Origin: a virus
IMG/VR virus record: IMGVR_UViG_3300009545_000002
Span: 1-64,000 of that record
DNA length: 64,000 nt
Direction: 5' to 3' (one strand)
In this document: piece by piece, positions 58,755 through 64,000 of the stretch
How the letters are laid out: each line of letters starts with the position of its first letter
Numbering within the stretch: position 1 is the stretch's first letter
Program-made: the position numbers and the translations under genes
Notes under the pieces: generated by a model
What the model was told of the DNA's origin: nothing
The model's input: only the letters and a program-made list of their open reading frames with translations
Databases searched by the model: none

Positions 58755-58782
58755 TTGACGGGCGGGAAAGCGTTACTACGTT
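58755..58782 (+). promoter_or_regulatory. Rightward early promoter (pR-like)
   Basis: TTGACG-N16-TACGTT; flanks resemble the leftward promoter. Confidence 0.55.
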
Positions 58783-58790
58783 TGCAGGGG

Positions 58791-59114
58791 GTGGACACCT
58801 CACCCAACATCGATCTCACGTTCCCGTTCGACATCGGGGAACAGCGCAGGGCCCAGACGAAAGCGCGGCGGGCAACGCGGCGCACCGTTCGGGTCGATCT
58901 CGGCCTGGATCACGCCGTGCAGCAGCTGCTCGAGGAGCACCGCGGGCAGTGGCGTGCCATCGAGCTCGCGACCGGCGTGTCGCACTCGTGGCTGAGCAAA
59001 TTCACCAACGGCAAGATCGTCAACCCGGGCTACGCGACGCTGAAGCACATCCATGCGCTGCTGAGCCAGCCGGAGCGACGCTCGTCGAGGTCCGCCGAAG
59101 CGGAGGCAGCATGA
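58791..59114 (+). CDS. Cro-like XRE HTH regulator
   Basis: WRAIELATGVSHSWLSKFTNGKIVNPGYATL; start uncertain. Confidence 0.75.
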   Translation: MDTSPNIDLTFPFDIGEQRRAQTKARRATRRTVRVDLGLDHAVQQLLEEHRGQWRAIELATGVSHSWLSKFTNGKIVNPGYATLKHIHALLSQPERRSSRSAEAEAA

Positions 59115-59133
59115 CCGGTCAACGGAGGTATTG

Positions 59134-60204
59134 ATGGCCCGAAGTCGCAACATCAAGCCGGGCTTCTATACCAACGAAGACCTCGCCGAGTGCTCCATTT
59201 GGGCACGCTACATCTTCCCCGGGCTCTGGATGATGGCCGATCGCGAAGGCCGGCTCGAAGACAGGCCGAAGCGCATTCAGGCCGAGCTCCTCCCCTTCGA
59301 TGGCCAGCCGGTGCAGCCACTGCTCGGCGAGCTCGCGACACACGGCTTCATCCTGCGGTACGAGGTCAACGGGTCGCGGTACATCCAGATCCTGAACTTC
59401 GGCAAGCACCAGAACCCGCATCACCGCGAGACACAGAGCACGATACCGCCGCCTCCACCGCCGACTGACAAGCCCCCAAAGGGCACGCCTAGGCGCGAAC
59501 CAGACGGCCCTGCATCAGGGCCAGAGGCACAACCTAGGCACGGCCTAGGACCCCCATCCAAGACATCAGAAGCCCAACCTAGGCACGACCCTGACGGTCA
59601 TGGCAACGGGTCAGAAGCACAACCTAGGCACGGCCTCGAACCTCATGCAACGGGGGATGAAGCACAACCTAGGCAAGGCCCAGCCCCAGGCCAGGCCCAA
59701 CCTAGGCAAGGCCTAGCCGTGCTGATTCCTGATTCCGGATTCCTGATTCCTGATTCCTCCTCACTCCGTTCGGAGGCAAGGTCTGACGACCTTGCTCGTC
59801 GCCAAGACGGCGACCCTCCGGCGCTGGCCCTCGTCGACAAGGCCAAAACCGGGCCGAAGACCGGGCCTCCGGACTGCCCGCACGTGCAGATCCTCGCCCT
59901 TTGGGCCGAGGTGCTTCCGCACCTGCCGCAGCACGAGGCGGAGCAGTGGAAGGGCACCCGAGCCGAGCACCTGCGAGCGCGATGGCGCGAGACAGCCGTG
60001 GTGAAGCGCTGGAAGGCGCCGGCCGATGGCCTCGGGTACTTCCGCAAGCTGTTCGGCTACGTCGGCACTTCCCGTTTTTTGACCGGCCGGGTACAACCCC
60101 GCGAGCCCGGAAAGCCGGCCTTCGTCGTGACGCTCGCATGGCTCGTCAAGCCCGAGAACTGGGCCAAGACGATCGAGGGCAACTACCACCAGGACGCAGC
60201 ATGA
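59134..60204 (+). CDS. Phage replication initiator (O-like)
   Basis: MARSRNIKPGF...GLWMMADREGRLEDRPKRI; internal iterons. Confidence 0.88.
   Translation: MARSRNIKPGFYTNEDLAECSIWARYIFPGLWMMADREGRLEDRPKRIQAELLPFDGQPVQPLLGELATHGFILRYEVNGSRYIQILNFGKHQNPHHRETQSTIPPPPPPTDKPPKGTPRREPDGPASGPEAQPRHGLGPPSKTSEAQPRHDPDGHGNGSEAQPRHGLEPHATGDEAQPRQGPAPGQAQPRQGLAVLIPDSGFLIPDSSSLRSEARSDDLARRQDGDPPALALVDKAKTGPKTGPPDCPHVQILALWAEVLPHLPQHEAEQWKGTRAEHLRARWRETAVVKRWKAPADGLGYFRKLFGYVGTSRFLTGRVQPREPGKPAFVVTLAWLVKPENWAKTIEGNYHQDAA
59530..59757. repeat. Replication origin iterons
   Basis: CAACCTAGGCA at 59530, 59575, 59620, 59665 and 59698 (spacing 45, 45, 45, 33), followed by five (T/G)GATTCC heptamers. Confidence 0.8.
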
Positions 60205-60569
60205 GCACCACCCGCAAGACCTTCGACCCGGACGACGAGACCGTGCTGCCGCCGCACGGCGAGATGCCGGCGACCGAGCAGCGGCTACCTTGCCGGTTCT
60301 GCGGCACGTCGACGCTGCGCCCGATCCTGGTGCAGTACGGCGCGCGTTGCTACCGCTGCTACGTCGCCTACTGCGAGGAACCGCCGACACGGCGCGGGCT
60401 CATTGCCGGCGACAAGCGCCAGGGCGCCAAGGCCTGGGCCTGGGCCCTGAAGGCCAGCGAGGAGCGCGACCCGGCCAGCGTCACGGCAAAGCAGCGCGTC
60501 GAGTGGCGCGCGGCACTGGCGTCCGAGCTCTCGCGGCAGCGGACCATCGACGAGGAGCTGGCATCGTGA
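60201..60569 (+). CDS. Hypothetical Zn-finger protein
   Basis: CRFC...CYRC; coupled to the initiator gene. Confidence 0.6.
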   Translation: MSTTRKTFDPDDETVLPPHGEMPATEQRLPCRFCGTSTLRPILVQYGARCYRCYVAYCEEPPTRRGLIAGDKRQGAKAWAWALKASEERDPASVTAKQRVEWRAALASELSRQRTIDEELAS

Positions 60570-60961
60570 TCGCGGTGCCGCTCCGCACGACCGGCTCGAA
60601 TGCGCGCGAGACCTGGAAGATGCGGCATGGCCGCGTGAAGCGCGAACGCCGTGCCGTCGCCTGGCTCCTCAAGTGCTCGCCGCGGCCGTCGATCCCGTGC
60701 ACCGTGCTGCTGACGCGCTCGGCGCCGTCGGCCGGGCTCGATGACGACAACCTGACCCACGCGCTGAAGGGCGTTCGCGACGAGGTCGCCGAATGGCTCG
60801 GCGTCAACGATCGCAACTCCAAGCAGGTGCGCTACATGTACTCGCAAGTGCGCGGCACCTGGGGCGTGCTGATCCAGTTCGGGCCGCCGGCGTCCGGTGC
60901 GCAGCTGGAACTGCTCGGCGAAGCGCGCATGCCGGTGATCGAACCCGAGGCGGCGTTTTGA
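60566..60961 (+). CDS. RusA-like Holliday junction resolvase
   Basis: LDDDNLTHALKGVRDEVAEWLGVND. Confidence 0.7.
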   Translation: MIAVPLRTTGSNARETWKMRHGRVKRERRAVAWLLKCSPRPSIPCTVLLTRSAPSAGLDDDNLTHALKGVRDEVAEWLGVNDRNSKQVRYMYSQVRGTWGVLIQFGPPASGAQLELLGEARMPVIEPEAAF

Positions 60962-60978
60962 TCCATGGAGCACGCATC

Positions 60979-61524
60979 ATGCTGAGCGAACTATCCCCGG
61001 AAGTCGCGGTCGAGACCGTGAGCGTCGAGCCTGCGGCCGATGGCGAACCGCGCGTCGACAGCCGCAAGCTCGCCGGCCCGATGGGCGTGCAACATCCGCA
61101 CTTGTTCCGGCTGCTGAAGACGCACGAGGCCGATTTCGCGGAGATGGGAATAGTCAGTTTTCAAAACGGACTAACCGGCAAGCGCGGGATGCCACAGCGC
61201 TACGCCATGCTCAACGAAGACCAGGCGTATCTGCTGCTGGCCTATGTGAAGAACACGCCGGAGGCGCGCCAGCTGAAAAAGCATCTGATCGTCGCCTTCC
61301 GCCGGGCACGTGAGGCGCTCGAAGGCCGCGTGTCGGTCGATAGCGTTTCGCTCGAAGAGGCATTCAAGATCGAACGGGCGCACGGCGCGGCAGAGGAGCG
61401 CGGACGCATCGGTGGGCACCTGCTCAGCAAGTGGCGATATCAGAAACCCATCTACGAAAACGCGATGCAGGCCATCAGGGTCGAGCTGCAGCTGGTGCTG
61501 CCATGGGGCCACAAGGAGCACTGA
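60979..61524 (+). CDS. Rha-family regulator
   Basis: EPRVDSRKLA...H...YAMLNEDQAYLL...KKHLIVAF. Confidence 0.8.
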   Translation: MLSELSPEVAVETVSVEPAADGEPRVDSRKLAGPMGVQHPHLFRLLKTHEADFAEMGIVSFQNGLTGKRGMPQRYAMLNEDQAYLLLAYVKNTPEARQLKKHLIVAFRRAREALEGRVSVDSVSLEEAFKIERAHGAAEERGRIGGHLLSKWRYQKPIYENAMQAIRVELQLVLPWGHKEH

Positions 61525-61814
61525 TGGGCGACATCGCCGACGCCATGCTCGACGGCACGCTGTGCGCCAGCTGCGGCGAGTACCTCGGATCCGGCCTCGG
61601 GTGCCCCACGTTGTGCAGGCGCTGCGCGAACGATCGCCGCTCCGATGGCCACAAGATCGTGCAGGCCGGCGTGTTCTTCATCGATGCGGGCCTGGAGAAG
61701 CCTGCCAGTGCGACGGCGCCGCTGCGCCGCGAATGTCCGAAGTGCGGCCGCATGGTCGCGGGCCTGGCCGACCACATGCGGGCGAAGCATCCCAGCCAGA
61801 ACGACAACCTCTGA
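61524..61814 (+). CDS. Hypothetical Zn-finger protein
   Basis: MGDIADAMLDGTLCASCG...CPKCG...HMRAKH. Confidence 0.65.
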   Translation: MGDIADAMLDGTLCASCGEYLGSGLGCPTLCRRCANDRRSDGHKIVQAGVFFIDAGLEKPASATAPLRRECPKCGRMVAGLADHMRAKHPSQNDNL

Positions 61815-61825
61815 GGAGATCCGCC

Positions 61826-62122
61826 ATGAGCTATTCCTTCATCGTCCGCGCTCCCGACAAGCTCGAAGCGCGAACCATGGTCGCAGCCGAATTCGACAAG
61901 GTCGTGCAGGCGCAGCCCATCCATGCGGCCGATCGGGCGCAGGCGATGGCTGCCGTTGGCGCCTATCTCGACCTGCTCGTCGACGACGACAGCATGAACG
62001 TGCAGGTGAACGTGCACGGGTCGCTGACGTGGCTCACCGAGGCGCCGGCGTCCTTGATCTCCGCCAGCGTCGGCGTCAGCGCATTGCTGACTCCGCGGGC
62101 AGCCCCCACCGTCGTGGAGTAG
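61826..62122 (+). CDS. Hypothetical protein
   Basis: Strong SD GAGGAG; MSYSFIVRA. Confidence 0.65.
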   Translation: MSYSFIVRAPDKLEARTMVAAEFDKVVQAQPIHAADRAQAMAAVGAYLDLLVDDDSMNVQVNVHGSLTWLTEAPASLISASVGVSALLTPRAAPTVVE

Positions 62123-62126
62123 CGCC

Positions 62127-62429
62127 ATGACCGACTGCCCGAATTGCGTCGCCGCGAGCGAGCGTGAATGGCACCACTACAACGCCAGCTGCATGGTTTG
62201 TGAAGCTCGACGCATCTCGCGCGGCAAGCTCTGCGCCGAAGCGAAGGCGCTGGGCGTCATCACGCCGGCGTACAAGGACGAGCTCTGCGCCGTCGCCGGC
62301 GACGTGCATTGGTACGCGGTGCACGAGCTCGTCTGCGCCTGGCAGCGCGGCGATGCGCTCACGCAGATCTCGTCCGACGCGGCTGCTCGGCTGCCGTTCA
62401 GCTACCGTCCTCGCGCCGCAGCGGCCTGA
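62127..62429 (+). CDS. Hypothetical protein
   Basis: CPNC...CMVC. Confidence 0.55.
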   Translation: MTDCPNCVAASEREWHHYNASCMVCEARRISRGKLCAEAKALGVITPAYKDELCAVAGDVHWYAVHELVCAWQRGDALTQISSDAAARLPFSYRPRAAAA

Positions 62430-62644
62430 TGGGGCGTCTCGTCTACCTGCACGACGGCACGCCGTGCGACAGCGGCAGCGAGGACTGGCGCCACGAGTGC
62501 GAGGCCCGCTTCATCGGCCTGCTCGGCCGCCGCGCGCAGTTCCTCTGGCTGCAGGACATCGCGATCAAGCGCGGTGCCGCTGCCGTCGTCGAGCTGCGCA
62601 AGACCATGTCCTCGATCGAACAATCCAGAAAGCGTCAAGCGTGA
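62429..62644 (+). CDS. Hypothetical protein
   Basis: SEDWRHECEAR motif; coupled to both neighbours. Confidence 0.6.
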   Translation: MGRLVYLHDGTPCDSGSEDWRHECEARFIGLLGRRAQFLWLQDIAIKRGAAAVVELRKTMSSIEQSRKRQA

Positions 62645-63261
62645 GCGAATTCGTCACCGTCGGAGAGCGCTACATCGGCGCGGCGCGCAGCGGCAACCTG
62701 CGCATGGCTCACGGGGCCTGCGATGCGGAAGTGATCCTCGCTGCCGGCTACGCCACCGGCGTGACCTGCGGCCAGTGCAACGGAGTAGGGCGCATCGATC
62801 TGCACCGGTGCGGCGCCTGCGGCGGCGTCGGCCTGTTTCCGAATCGGCGCAAGGTGCTCGGCCTGAAGCTCTACCGCATGCAGGTCACCGGCGACCTGGC
62901 CAACGTGGCCGAGGTCGAAACCGAAATGGCCCGATGGCTTGCCGGCCGGTTATCCCGCGGTGGACACAAACCCATGCCCGCGATGCAGCGGCAAGAGCTC
63001 GTGCGCGACGTCATCCGCTGGTGGATTCATCCTTCCTGCGACTACTGCGGCGGCCTCGGATACTCCATCCTCGAGGGCACACCATCGCTCAGCGAGGTCG
63101 AATGTCCGAACTGCTTCGGCATGGGCATGATTCCTGTTCGGCGTGCCGTGCCACCCCGCCTCGGCAGCCATGCTGTATTCCTGGTGAGCGAGCTCGATTC
63201 TCTCTGCGGCGCCGTGCTCGGTGATCTCGCTGATGTTCTTCGCCGCGGCATGGACCTTTGA
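62641..63261 (+). CDS. Antiterminator Q-like protein with CxxCxGxG zinc fingers
   Basis: Last gene of the early right operon; four CxxCxGxG motifs; TATACT -10 box downstream at 63323-63328. Confidence 0.6.
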   Translation: MSEFVTVGERYIGAARSGNLRMAHGACDAEVILAAGYATGVTCGQCNGVGRIDLHRCGACGGVGLFPNRRKVLGLKLYRMQVTGDLANVAEVETEMARWLAGRLSRGGHKPMPAMQRQELVRDVIRWWIHPSCDYCGGLGYSILEGTPSLSEVECPNCFGMGMIPVRRAVPPRLGSHAVFLVSELDSLCGAVLGDLADVLRRGMDL

Positions 63262-63415
63262 GCGCCGGATCACGACCCTGGTCCAGTCGTGCAAAGGTGA
63301 TGGAATCAACCTGCAGAAAGTCTATACTGCCGCGCAGCATACAAAAGGCGGGTGTTCCGTCTCTAACAGCAAGCGGCCATGAATCGAGCCGCCGGCGTGC
63401 TCGAATCAGTTCACT

Positions 63416-63491
63416 GCGGGCCAAGCATTGGTAGCGATGCGCGGAGCCTACCAGCCCCGAGAGTCTGGCTAGCGACCAGAGGCCCGCTCCA
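63416..63491 (+). ncRNA. tRNA-Gly-like 76-nt cloverleaf with non-canonical loops
   Basis: Acceptor GCGGGCC/GGCCCGC-T-CCA, D-stem GCAT/ATGC, T-stem TCTGG/CCAGA, anticodon loop containing CT-ACC-A. Confidence 0.6.
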
Positions 63492-63855
63492 CCACTTCAC
63501 CACCCGCCGCGCCGCCGCCGATATTCCCCGGATATCCCTCCGGAATGGATTCGCGGCCCAGCGCGGAAATCCTGTTGTGCCGAGCCCCGGGTGATTACCG
63601 TGCGGCCGCTGCCTCTCCAGCCGCCTTCACCGGCCACTCGCCGGCGACCCGTCGCCTCCCGGCGCCGCGTCGGCCCGGCCCGACCGCGACGGCCACCTCT
63701 CAGCGGACCGCCACCTCTCAGCGGACCGCCACGGCCATCGCCGTCAGCGCCAGCAACCGCCGCGACGGCGGCCACCGTGCCGTGGCCTCTCGAGCTGGAA
63801 TTGCTCCACAGGCCTCAAGGCCCCTCGCGGAGGCCCTGAAGCTGGTGGAGAAAGA

Positions 63856-64000
63856 CTAGGCGCGGCGGGCCTCGAACGCGGCTTTGTCGGCGATGGCGCG
63901 GCGCACTATGAACTCGATTTCGCGGACCGCTGCGGTATTGCCGAGTCGTACCCCCAGCTTCTGGTCGCGAACGATCCAGGGATAGGCCTTGGACTCGCGG
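63856..64000 (-). CDS. 3' end of a hypothetical gene entering from beyond the window
   Basis: Open frame RESKAYPWIVRDQKLG...FEARRA followed by a stop. Confidence 0.35.
   Translation of the reverse strand, partial: RESKAYPWIVRDQKLGVRLGNTAAVREIEFIVRRAIADKAAFEARRA

Noticed and set aside
63545-63859. ORF with a duplicated 18-bp unit (ATSQRT twice)
   Set aside because: Low-complexity sequence, no clear RBS or family motif, and competing frames; not supportable as a gene.
63856-64000. Direct circular join of the window end to the DUF932 gene at position 1
   Set aside because: The terminal peptide lacks the expected DUF932 C-terminal motifs and no terminal overlap is visible, so more sequence probably lies outside the window.

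Overview
This window is most of a high-GC temperate siphovirus genome, probably infecting a betaproteobacterium; the host is inferred from a tRNA-Leu-like attP core and from the gene families. The att site reads as an intact attP, so the sequence looks like the excised or free form. Layout: leftward early accessory genes (1-3.9 kb); a methylase-like/GNAT-like gene paired with a ParB-like gene; a putative cos/pac region; HK97-type head genes interrupted by a three-gene glycosyl/methyltransferase cassette; a lambda-like tail with about 10 kb of extra accessory genes; lysis genes; tRNA-fMet; about 20 small leftward genes; integrase-attP-xis; RecE/RecT; a cro-like gene, a replication initiator with iterons, RusA, Rha and a Q-like gene; and a tRNA-Gly-like RNA. 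The standout feature is at 50085-52262. A nuclease-less Nop-domain (IS110-related) gene sits between two arrays of about 22 and 13 units of ~36 nt, each unit made of two alternating 10-nt repeats separated by ~8-nt unique spacers. This is the architecture of a TIGR-Tas (TasA-type) RNA-guided DNA-binding system. All family calls come from motif recognition by eye; no database searches were run.
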